DNA from: Takakia lepidozioides | Lineage: Eukaryota > Plantae > Bryophyta | Direction: 5' to 3' | Assembly (NCBI GenBank): GCA_030704615.1 | Contig: CM060731.1 | Location: 28,272,001 to 28,336,000 of the forward strand | DNA length: 64,000 bases | Shown: positions 1 to 9,995 of the stretch, piece after piece | How the letters are laid out: each line of letters opens with the position of its first letter | Position numbering within the stretch: position 1 is the stretch's first letter | Made by a program: the position numbers and the translations under genes | The notes under the pieces: model-generated | Told to the model about the DNA's origin: nothing | Seen by the model: only the letters and a program-made list of their open reading frames with translations | Databases searched by the model: none

Positions 1-501
1 CCGAATGTCTCCATACACTGGAAGAGCGGAGTGATCTGCACGTATATAGTTTTCCCCGGTGCCGTCCTCCCTGGTCCACTGGCAGCAGTTCCAGCGCCAA
101 AGCGAGGCCGTGCGTGATCTGTCCGGCATCCCTTTCCAGCTTGGTATATCGAGGTCAACAATTTTCAGGACCCACGGACCGCATTGACCCTCGCCCTCAC
201 CTCGCTCAAAGCGGTAATAGCCCTCCAGATACTCCATTGCGCGCAAAGACTCTTGCTTGATTCCAGCAGCGTCTGTGAAAACAGAGAGCCAGACAATGAT
301 GTCTCCTGATTCTGGTTTGAACATAGCATAATCGTGGCCATGATAAGGGCAGTCGGCTGGATTTCGGCGGCACGGCATCCTTGAAAAAGAGTAGCGGAGT
401 ACGCTCAATGACAGCAGCTCCCGGATGGAGGAGGAGCAGCGCGGTGGCTGGAAAAAGTTCAAGCTAACGCTGCAATTCCTCACAAACACTCCAGGGCACA
501 T
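1..501 (-). CDS. Unknown protein, paralog of the 891-1493 ORF; runs off the window start and is absent from the ORF track
   Basis: Manual translation from the ATG at 501 is open to base 1: ...MPCRRNPADCPYHGHDYAMFKPESGDIIVW...AMEYLEGYYRFERGEGEGQCGPWVLKIVDLDIPSWKGMPDRSRTASLWRWNCCQWTREDGTGENY...PVYGDIR. It is collinear with the + strand ORF. Confidence 0.7.
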   Translation of the reverse strand, partial: MCPGVFVRNCSVSLNFFQPPRCSSSIRELLSLSVLRYSFSRMPCRRNPADCPYHGHDYAMFKPESGDIIVWLSVFTDAAGIKQESLRAMEYLEGYYRFERGEGEGQCGPWVLKIVDLDIPSWKGMPDRSRTASLWRWNCCQWTREDGTGENYIRADHSALPVYGDIR

Positions 502-890
502 TTAAATTTCCCCCCTACAGGATCCTGGACCGATGAAGATTGGCTGCTTCATGAATGTAGCCGTTTCAGTTTCCTACCCTGCCATGCAAACTATGGGCAC
601 TCACTGCCAGGTGGGCCGATAGCCACTGGACACGACGAAGTCCATCCCCTCTTCGATGTAAATGCGGCGCCGAATTTCCATCCGGGGGGATGGACTTTGG
701 TGGCAGATCTCAAACTATAACTTGTTGATGAGAAAGATGTATGGGTTCATCCACCGCCGGCGTGATGAACACGTTCCACCTTCGTCGGTGGGTACGTGGG
801 ACCCAGATGCTCCATTATTGGAGGCCGGACTGCTCTTCCGCTTCGCATCATTTCCAAAATCTAAGGGCTTCGTAGCTGTCCGCAAGGTCA

Positions 891-1493
891 TTGTCATCTG
901 CATCCAAGTCGTCCTCAGGTCCTCCTTTGCAAGGATGCTTCCGGAACCGGGACGACTGCCCATTTGGAGGCATCGATTATGCAATGTATTCAGCCACATC
1001 GGGAGACATTGTTATCTGGTACACAGATTACAGAGAAGATACTGGTTCGATTGTGGAAACATTGGTGGCTTTTGAGTATATCCTAGGCCACTACGCCTTT
1101 GAGCGGGGTGACGATCTTGGTCTGAGGAGTCCGTGGCTCCTGCGCATCCTCGATTCCGATTTTCCCAGCTACGACGGTCACCCATGCAGAAGAATGCGCA
1201 CTGCTATGCTGTTGCGGTGGAACTGCTGCCACTGGACGTGGGTGGACTCCATCGGAGAGACCTATTCTCCTCAAGGAGTGCGCTCCTCTTCTCCATTGTA
1301 TGGGGACATTCGCATTGGTGTGGACGACGAAAACGTGAAGATTTCCATATTCGATGGTGGTATGATTGAAGGGCAGGACATTGTGGTGAACATCACTAGG
1401 GGCGGTACAACGGCTGCAATCGACTTTACATGGATGAGCCCCATGACTCATGAGCTAGTTCTGAGAGCAGTCGAAGTCCCATTGACAACGTGA
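891..1493 (+). CDS. Unknown protein with an RWNCCxW motif; 5' end possibly frameshifted near 935
   Basis: CFRNRDDCPFGGIDYAMY...AFEYILGHYAFERG...PWLLRILD...RWNCCHW...PLYGDIR aligns with the - strand paralog. The ORF-track start is TTG. Upstream homology (VLRSSFARM vs VLRYSFSRM) lies in another frame. Confidence 0.6.
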   Translation: MSSASKSSSGPPLQGCFRNRDDCPFGGIDYAMYSATSGDIVIWYTDYREDTGSIVETLVAFEYILGHYAFERGDDLGLRSPWLLRILDSDFPSYDGHPCRRMRTAMLLRWNCCHWTWVDSIGETYSPQGVRSSSPLYGDIRIGVDDENVKISIFDGGMIEGQDIVVNITRGGTTAAIDFTWMSPMTHELVLRAVEVPLTT

Positions 1494-1904
1494 CTTGTAT
1501 TCAGTAGGCACAGGGGTAAAGATTTGATTGCACAATCAGCATAGTAGACGTGCTTCAAATGCAATTCATGTGGATCAATAAAAACCTCATTGTGCCCTCT
1601 TTTTATTCTATTCTGTGTCCATCGTTCCGAGAATGCGTCATTGCTCATTTCGTTTGGGATTGGGAGTGTGGGTGGATTTTGCAAGTGGCTGGTAGGCTGA
1701 AATGGGCCCCCATTGTACAGAGCAGTACCACCCTACCATTCGCGAAACATTGCCTTTCAATATATAATTCTAAATAACATTGCCGAACCTCCTTCATCGG
1801 GAGGTCCTTCTCCCCCTATGACCGTGGCACCCTAAACCCTATTCCCGCGGACACTCATTTCCGAAAAATAGTGCTGCTCATGTTTTTTTCCACACTTACG
1901 ACTC

Positions 1905-1942
1905 TGCTCATGGCTCATGCCGCTCATGGCTCATGGCTCATG
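1905..1942 (+). repeat. Short tandem repeat (GCTCATG)n
   Basis: gctcatg-gctcatg-ccgctcatg-gctcatg-gctcatg. Confidence 0.7.
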
Positions 1943-2321
1943 AAATAGCAGCCCCCAAAATGAGAGAGCGGCATACAACCAAGGGAGAGAAGTGCTTTGT
2001 AGAGCAACAAACCCTACTTTAAGTAATTCCGGACTTTTGGCTTAAATCCGGACCAAACTTAATATATAACATAATTAAAATTAATTTAGGCATTAATAAT
2101 AATATCGTGGAATATTGAGTCATTTAACTTGTGAAGTTGCACAATCCCATTCATGTAACATCGAATGGTAAGTCGAATGACATACTTTGCATCAGAAAAT
2201 TATAAAGATAAGATAGATTGAATGAAGTTATTAATAAATTGATAGATGTATGACATAAGCAAAACAACAAATGACCGAAAAAATATAGAATTTAGAAAGT
2301 GGTAAACAAAATAAGAACTCA

Positions 2322-3467
2322 CCTGATTACACTCCTCACGAACTTTTTTCCAGTTCAGTTCAGGTGACAGATTTCGAAGAGTATATCTCCGTCCGTCTCC
2401 AATACATCGGGTCTTATAAGGCATGAGATCGGAATTTCCGTTTATAATGGACATTAAGTTTCTTTCAACTTGACGAGTTTGTGGACGGGGCCGTTTCACT
2501 CCGGAATTCTCGTGCAACGATGTAACCATACCCTCTCTGCTTAGCTTTTTGTATTTCATGTAGGTGACCGACCGATTCCGTGAATTGTCCACCAAGCTGT
2601 CTCACACACATCAACGCCCTCAATGGTTATGTAGGCATTTGTCGAAACCCCGTCGATTCGATGAAGTCTTTTGGGCATATCAGAACCGAGCTATCTCCGT
2701 TTGTCGTAAGAGGATCCCCAATAAGTGGTTCGGATAGCGAGTGTTTTTCTCTAGTCGAAATATTGGCAACACTGTAAATTGCAACATTGTTTGCTGCTGA
2801 CTTCTTGAACTGCATGCAGAGAGAGGCGAGTATTTATCTTTTTGGAATCGTTTTTTTTCGGATCTTTTTTTGGTATGTTGAAATGCCGATATGCTGCTTT
2901 TTTCACATCTTTCTCGTTGTGACCAATATCTGCTTGTTCCTCGCTATTGACAAACTTATCAAGCTCATGTGACAATGTCGTGCCACTATCAGTCAACCGA
3001 GTCTGCGTCAATGGTCAGTTCACGAGACACATGAGATTGGTCGAACCACCATTCAAAATCCTTGTAACAAGCACCCCGACGTGATGTTCTCCAACTTTAA
3101 GTATCACCTCGTCAGGATGACATGCTTGAATTCTGCCCTCGTACAAAGCACTTTGTTCGTCTCCAAGGAGAATACACATCTTATTTCTCCAGCTGTCTCT
3201 ACCCATAGCAACATCATTATTTGGAGACAGCCTTGACATGTCAGATTCAATTTGTTCATTGAATTTTGGATCGGAATCATCCGCAGATGTCAATTCCACC
3301 TCCGAGACCTGAGGATCCTCATTATTGGTGTTGGTGTCACTCCCACTATCTTTTTGAATTTGCACAACATCCCAAACAACAGGTGTTCCGATTGCTTCTC
3401 CCAAAGAGTCCGCATCCATATGCGGATATGGCAACGACACAAAAGAATGTGTCAGATCGCAAGACAC
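2322..3467 (-). pseudogene. Degenerate N-terminal part of a putative DNA-transposon protein (Cys-rich; resembles the Sola-like/DUF7869-type proteins of bryophytes)
   Basis: Read-through gives CCNLQCCQYFD*RKTLAIRTTYWG...KRR*LGSDMPKRLH...ITIEGVDVCETAWWTIHGIGRS/TYMKYK...HENSGVKRPRPQTRQVE...SDLMPYKTR...LNWKKV, with 2 stops and 1 frameshift, then a CAG|GTGAG donor near 2322. The family assignment is from memory of the motif pattern. Confidence 0.5.
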
Positions 3468-4204
3468 TATAATAACAGATATTGTGGACCCATTTAGCTG
3501 TCGTCAATGACAACTTCCGCAACTAGTCACGTTGAGACATTCTGCTGTTGCGACGATAGAGTTCGAGCCCTGAAGAGTGATGAATACTTTTTGACCAGTT
3601 TGGAACGACGACATTTCTACGAACCTCGCGCGTGTATCCTACAGTAGAGATGCTGGTGATTAATGATTTGGCACTATATCGATGGATACTAAGAAAGAGT
3701 GAAACAATAAGTTACTGAAGTTTGTTTAGGAAAACTGAGGAAGAAGATGAAAAAGAACCTCGCGCGATCGCCCGCGTTTAGGGTTATAATAATTTAGGAA
3801 TTGATAATAGAACTCGGACTCTTGGATTATGTACTAGAATGTAGAATGTAGGTATGTATTGGTCGAAATAAAAATTTGTAGAAAATAAAAGGATTTGCTA
3901 AAGCTACAACCCGAATGTACAACATTGTCTACGACTCCATAACATAAATAGAACTAAATCGATGGAGTGGTTCAGATGGATGAAATGAAGGACGGATGAA
4001 TAATGGTAAACGAGTTTTGGATGACAACAAAGAAAATGGATGAATAAATGAAAACATGGATGAACGAAACAGCTGTAGTGCGAGTGATTATTCGAAGTAC
4101 ATAAAACAGTCGGGTGTGTAGGTAAGATCTTCGCGGACAGTGGATGGGAACAGATGAGCAGAGAGACAGAAGAAAAACCTAGATGAAGTGGAGAGGCTCT
4201 CAAT

Positions 4205-4910
4205 ATTCCGATCCCTCTCCTTGGCAGTCACACTAGCTGCCGTGTCTCCAGTGCGGAGGTAGTCCAACACAACCAAATCCTCATGTATATCTCTGGTACC
4301 ACCTGGCTCATCACTAGCCTCAGGGTCCTCAGACACTTCGTCTACAGTCATCCCTGTTGTAGGTCCAACCTGACCTCCCGATGCCAAGATACACAAAAAG
4401 GCAGATGCATGCCATCCCGACACCATCTCCTCGTCTGTCTCACCATGCCACCGAGCTCCAGTGTCATCTTGCTGGCTCGTGCATGGATTGCGACTCAATC
4501 CATCCGCATCCCTATTGACCAAACCCGGTCAATGCACAACCTAAACATGTCTCTCATGCTCCTCCACCATAGCACGAGAGGCAAAGCAATTCCTGCAAGC
4601 CTCAGGAACCGCCGTATACGTCGTCTCTCTCCTCTAGTGACAATAGGTCCAATGTCAGGCTCCCAATTGCCTTTCGTAACTGCAACCTTAAGTCCAACAG
4701 ACTTAGAGGTAGAGGACGCGTTCCGTGGTTGCTATGCCGCAACCTCTTGAGTAGTACTCCCTGCCTGCTCAGTCAATGACAAGGCTTCATCCTGCCCCAT
4801 CATCTCATCCTTGAGGACCTCCTCAACCCGAGAAGAATCCCCAACCTCATCCATCACAGCCGCCTTGGCTGCCAACTCTCTCTGAACCTCGAGCACCTCC
4901 CACGTGTGCT
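4205..4910 (-). pseudogene. Pol remnant: post-DNMT linker, RT and RNase H stubs, pre-integrase linker
   Basis: A single frame reads RNCFA-SRAMVEEHERHV*VV-H*PGLVNRDADGLSRNP...DIHEDLVVLDYLRTG...KERDR. Confidence 0.75.
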
Positions 4911-5029
4911 ATGGATGTCTACACCCTGTGGTCCTCACCGGCTCGCCCCCACTCACTGCATGTACCGTCTCGGTAGGCAGAGAGACCATAAAGAGAAGTG
5001 TACTACGCACTCTGTGTTGCTCAGCCATA

Positions 5030-5977
5030 GCCAAGCTGATAATCCAGGTCAAGCAATTGAGATCCATTGCTTGTCCCAACACCTGACGACGTGATGCCTC
5101 AGAAAGAGACGACATCGCCGTGGTACCAGTGGTAAAACCCATTGCCCGCTCACGCTCGTCAGCATTAGGTTCCACTAACTGATGCAACTGAGCATCCCAC
5201 AGGAAGCCAGGTCCACTATCCCGGAAAGCATGCGTTCTTGGGAAGCTGAGCAGTATAGGTAATGCTGCTCGTGGTTGACCTACTCTATTGACCACTGCCA
5301 AAGGCAAACGGTCATCGTGTCTCACACGCTGAGACTGCCTTCCTGTATCCAAAATGCTATCCACTATGAGGTGTGCTGGCCGTTGCACCCCATCAAATGC
5401 ACGCTTGAGCAGTGCGGGTGACATCAAGTTAGTCCACCATAGCCGTGGACGATGAGCCCGTGACCCCACTGTAGCTGCATCCAGCAACACTGCTGACCCA
5501 AGCCACGACCGGACTTGATGCACACTGGCTATCATCCTGGCCCGAGAATCGCCCATCAGTGGCACATTCTCCAAGATATATGCTGGAGATACAGCTTGAT
5601 GAAGCTGCAAGTGGCGCAAAACCCGCACCATCTCCCAAAACAGACCCGACCTCGAGTCTCGCAATCCATTGCCATGCCCGCTGATGAATGCCCTGGCAGG
5701 GCCAACCTGCCACTACCAGATCAATGGAGCCAACCCGCTCCAAATCCTGCGCCCCCAACAACAAAATGTCTGCTGGCAACGCCTGCTGATATCCATGAAC
5801 CGCAGACACCGGCAACAACTCAGGGTACTGCTGCACCAACTGAGCAATATGACGGAGTAAGACGTGTCGTGCAGTCTCATCCTTCTCCACATACAAGTAA
5901 CGCCGTACTCGTACACCTGCCTGTAGAACAACAGCCAATCCGGTGCTGATCCCGCCAAACAAGTCCAAAAGGCACAT
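5030..5977 (-). CDS. DNMT3-like C5-cytosine methyltransferase domain embedded in retrotransposon Pol (frameshifted near 5675-5692)
   Basis: Motif I LDLFGGISTG, II YVE, IV IDLVVAGWPCQG, V GLRDSRSGLF, VI YILENV, VIII AHRPRLWWTNL, IX ERERAMGF and X RRQVLGQAM are all present in linear (non-permuted) order. Confidence 0.93.
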
Positions 5978-5995
5978 GCCTTCATCCGGACACGG

Positions 5996-6790
5996 TCACA
6001 CAATCGGTGTGGTGTCTAATGGTGACAACTGAGGTGGTCCTGGTGCAATCCCCGCACTGTCCTCATCTCTTGACGGTACAAAAGCCTCTACCCAGGCTTG
6101 TTGCACACGACAATCAGCAACCCGCTGCAAATCCTTGCTCAAACCCCACAATGGAGTGTGAGCAACCATGGTAGGCAACTCCGCCATACCATACATGTCA
6201 TCCTGCTCTCCCGAAGGTGACACATCCTCTGAATGAGCGTTGCCCTCTAGCAACTCTCCAGGCCCACTCACTGCAGCTATGAATGCTGCCAGTGTTGGCA
6301 TCTTGCCTCGCTGGGCAACCGCAACTCCTCCTATGAATGTCACAGGGATCTGCACACGCCGGCCCTCCCCTGACTGCCATCCAGGCCTATAGGAAGTTGA
6401 CTCCTCCCAAAAATCCAGGGTGAAGCCCATGGGGTACAACATTGCTCCACCAACCAGGACATCGTACGAGACCGCGTCTGTCACAATGGCCTTGGTTCGC
6501 ATCACTGAGCCATCTATAGAGAGATCCGGCCATAGTCTGATAGCCAACTCACGCCGTGTCATGCCCCGAGCCTGCTCCGATCCTCCCAGAGACGTCTGTA
6601 TCTGGAAAAGACAAGGCTCCATATCCGCCTGCGTGAGGCCCAAGCCTGTAATAGCAGCTCTGCCCAGCATCAATGGCTGAGCTCCTGAGTCCAACAAGAC
6701 CCGCAGTGGCCAGTACCTCTTGCCTGCCGGTCCACTCAAACATAAAATGTCATCCTGGTTGTCTAACATGACAACTCCAGGTGTCACCAT
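5996..6790 (-). CDS. Retroviral-type aspartic protease region of Pol
   Basis: RVLLDSGAQPLMLG (D-S-G at ~6683-6691) and YDVLVGG. It is in frame with the DNMT and separated only by one TGA (probably a former TGG) and 6 codons. Confidence 0.85.
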   Translation of the reverse strand: MVTPGVVMLDNQDDILCLSGPAGKRYWPLRVLLDSGAQPLMLGRAAITGLGLTQADMEPCLFQIQTSLGGSEQARGMTRRELAIRLWPDLSIDGSVMRTKAIVTDAVSYDVLVGGAMLYPMGFTLDFWEESTSYRPGWQSGEGRRVQIPVTFIGGVAVAQRGKMPTLAAFIAAVSGPGELLEGNAHSEDVSPSGEQDDMYGMAELPTMVAHTPLWGLSKDLQRVADCRVQQAWVEAFVPSRDEDSAGIAPGPPQLSPLDTTPIV

Positions 6791-6900
6791 GGCTCACTCA
6801 ATGGCTGGCCTAGCTAGCAATTCCATCAACCTGGCAGCTACAGCTTGCCATGGCGCCGTCGTGGCAGTCTTGACCCTCAAATCCGAGGATCCCTCCGGCA

Positions 6901-8904
6901 CTACAACCCTCCCACTATCTCCGCAGAAGATGAAGTAACCTCCCCACTCTCACAAAGTGTAGCTGCCAGCCTGAACACCTCAGCTGGTCTTACCCCCGGC
7001 GTCGCAATCATGGTAGCCGAGAACAATAGAGCTTGACACACAGATGTGGCCGCTCTCAGCAGCACACTAGCTGTTGTAGCCTTGGCAACACTAGGTAGTG
7101 GTGCTACCCGTGTAGCTCTCCCCAATGGCGTAGTAACCTCCGCCTCGGTAACAGTCGGGCGAGAACTAGGTGACATGGATGGCGTCGACACTGTCTCCAC
7201 CAATATGAATGACTGAGGGAGCCTAGCCTGACGGCTTGCCTCCCCACGCTGTGGATCCAACTCCACCTCTGCACTTCGTGGCTCAGGAACTCGTGCTGCT
7301 CCTCGAGTCACGGCTGCAGCAGACTCCACCTGCACTAGTGGTAGTGCTGCTCCGCACATGAATCCCATGCCTCCCATATCTCCTCCCTCAGGAGCAGGAG
7401 GTGGACCATCCAGCCTTGGAGCCGGTATAACCTGAGCTGTAGCCATGGCAGTGAGCCTCTGCTCTAGCTGCTGAAGCCGGTTGGCCATGCCTTGGTCAAC
7501 ACCCTGACCTCCGCGTCCTTGGCCATGTTGAGCTTGCCCTTGGCCTGCACCTCGTGCCTGGCCACCTCGTCCTCTCTGGGCTGCTCCACCTCGCCCCCGG
7601 CCACCATTGTTCCCTTGGAACTGGCCTGGGCGCAACTCAGGATGCAAACCATAACACTGGGCCTCTCCATGCCCGTGCTTGCCACAATGCCCACACTGCA
7701 ACTGTGCAGGCTGTGCATGTGCCGGCCCTTTGCCTCCCTCTGGGCAATCCTTCTAGACATGGGGTCCTCCACATGTCCAGCACACCATATCCGCCCATTG
7801 TTGGCCAGCAAATGATGGGAGAGACCCATGCATCTGAGGTCCTCTCTGCCCTTCCTTGAGCTTCACCTGAGCCCCTTTGTTGCATTGAGCATGTTGAGCC
7901 TTGGTGTCTCCTTAGCACTTGGTGTCTCCTTAGCAAATCCCACCATGACCATTCGTTCTTCTACCATGTTGGGCTCTATCCGCTCTGCCAGCAAAAACAC
8001 ATTTGCTAAGGTGGGTTGGGCCGCTTGTAGGAGAGTTGCATCCCGCACCCTTCTCTCTCAGCTCCTTGTCCAATATCCCATACCAGAATTGGACTGCCTG
8101 AGCTTCCGTAACCCCTTGGGTTACATTTATCAAGCGCCTCATGCAAGTGAAAGCCTCCCTCAAGCTCTCAGTAGGCTTCCGTTGGAACTCTTGCAAGCTC
8201 CGCAACTTCTCTATCCTCACCCCTTGGTAGTTCCCTCTCAACTCTTCGAAGAACTCCACAACAGGGTTGAAGGCAGGCACGGGTAGTAGTGCTGGTGCGG
8301 TAGTGGCTTGGATGGACGTCGTAGCTACTGTACCACCAGTCCCACTAGTCCCACTGCTGCTTGCTGAAGCTGCCGGTGCAGCGGCAGGTGTAGCCACTGC
8401 CCTCGTGGCTCTAGTGCCCCTAGTGATGGAGACATAGTCGGGTGACCAGTACATCCTCCACTCTTCGATCTCAACCTCATGCCCCCACCTGAACTCATGG
8501 TAATCATCCATAGGCGGCCCCTCAAGGTGCTGAAACAGCCCCTTCCATGCCATAAAAGGCGTAAATAGTTGTGGATTACGCATTTGCTACAAATCACACC
8601 AACTATCAAACTCTTGGATAAAATCATCCAACTCGATGGTGCCCACCGCCCTAGAGTACCTTCGTGGCCCCTTGGTAGCTCCATACATCTCCTCCATTGT
8701 GTCCCACAACAATGACAAGAAAACAACTTGCACCGCCGGTATGAGTCCTCTTGATTCACAATCCGAATCAGAACCTTCCGTAGTAGACACAGGACGTAAA
8801 GGTGGCCTAAACCACACACCTCGTCTCGTGTACCCACTAGTATCGCTAGTGCTCGAACCGACACTGTCCCCAGCAACTAGTGGCACCTCCATGTTGACAC
8901 TCAA
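6901..8904 (-). pseudogene. Gag with CCHC zinc knuckle and RGG-rich tail (stops and frameshifts)
   Basis: IELDDFIQEFDSWCDL*QMRNPQLF...LRSLQEFQRKPTESLREAF...AVQFWYGILDKELR; CGHCGKHGHGEAQC (CX2CX4HX4C) at ~7657-7698. Confidence 0.8.
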
Positions 8905-9146
8905 CCGGTCATGAACATGTCCCTAACCCCCTCTCCACAAGGTAACCGGGTAGAGAACCTGTTGCGGCTTATGGTTTGGAATACTAAGCTCCTAACATAG
9001 CCTACACCTGTACCTGCATCCACCGCAAGCACTCCTATGGTTGGCTGGTCATCACCTCTAACCTCACCACAGGAGAAACAATGATGGTCTGGTTGGTCAT
9101 CACCCCAGCCACACCATCGACAGCATGCTCTAGGATTGGCCGGTGA

Positions 9147-9160
9147 TCAAATCCGGACCA
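9147..9160 (-). promoter_or_regulatory. Possible primer-binding site (tRNA-Tyr-like, internally deleted)
   Basis: The - strand reads TGGTCCGGATTTGA, upstream of gag. The complement of the plant tRNA-Tyr 3' end, as I recall it, is TGGTCCGACCTGCCGGATTCGA. Confidence 0.35.
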
Positions 9161-9599
9161 ATCACCTATAAAAACAAGCGCCCACACAAAACTAGCATGG
9201 CGCATAGTCAAGCATGCAGGTATGGAGGGGATCCAAACACAAGAAATCAGAACGACAACTCCCCCACACCAAAAACAACTCCACGGTATTGCTCTTGCAA
9301 GGACACCCCAGCCCAGACCCGGACTGACTCTTGCCTCTACCTACGGAAAGGTCTTGGCCTAATGAGAGGGTGGAAACTACGAGGAAGAGAAGCTAAAGCA
9401 ATGCCTAACCCCAGCATGCCCTCATCCCAACACTCTTCATCTCCTCTCTTCCCTCACTTGCATGACCATGGGAATATCATGAAGATATTCCTCAAACTGC
9501 CCTCCACGAGCTTCAAAATTCGGCCTTCAAGACCACATGTCAGTCCTTAGGCAGTCCACCAGTGCCTCCACGAGTCAGTACAGGCCGTCCACAGGTCAA

Positions 9600-9995
9600 C
9601 ACGGGCCACCACAGACCAGCACAGGCCCACACAGCTCACTGGTCACAGCCATCACAGCCCCACACAGGCCACAGCCTGTCACAGCCCTACACAGGTCACA
9701 GGGTCACAGCCCCACAGGCCGTAGCCTGTCACAGCCCATCACAACCCCAAAGGCCACAGGCACAGCCTGTCACAACCCTACAAAGGTCACAGGGTCATAG
9801 CCCCAAAGGCCACAGCCTGTCACAGCCCCTCACAGCCCCATAGGCCACAGGGCACAGCCTGTCACAGCCCGCCACAGCCCCACAGGCCACAAGGCACACC
9901 CTGTCCCAGCCCCCACAGCGTGTCACAGCCCCTCACAGCCCGTCACAGCCCCACAGGCCACATGGCACAGCCTATCACAGCCCTACACAGGTCAG
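9600..9995. repeat. Degenerate GC-rich tandem repeat, probably within the LTR of the DNMT element
   Basis: Recurrent cacagcctgtcacagccc / cacaggccacagggcacag units. Confidence 0.8.

Larger units (their letters stand above)
4205..9995 (-). mobile_element. Ty3/gypsy-type LTR retrotransposon carrying a C5 DNA methyltransferase; degenerate and truncated before the integrase
   Basis: Order on the - strand: repeat-rich putative LTR, PBS-like site, gag, CCHC knuckle, protease LLDSGA, DNMT, RT stub, RNase H C-terminus (H*PGLVNRDADGLSR), then a linker cut at ~4205. Confidence 0.88.

Noticed and set aside
5030-5977. Bacterial restriction-modification methyltransferase or contamination
   Set aside because: The domain is in frame with a retroviral protease and followed by RT/RNase H stubs; there is no cognate endonuclease or operon structure.
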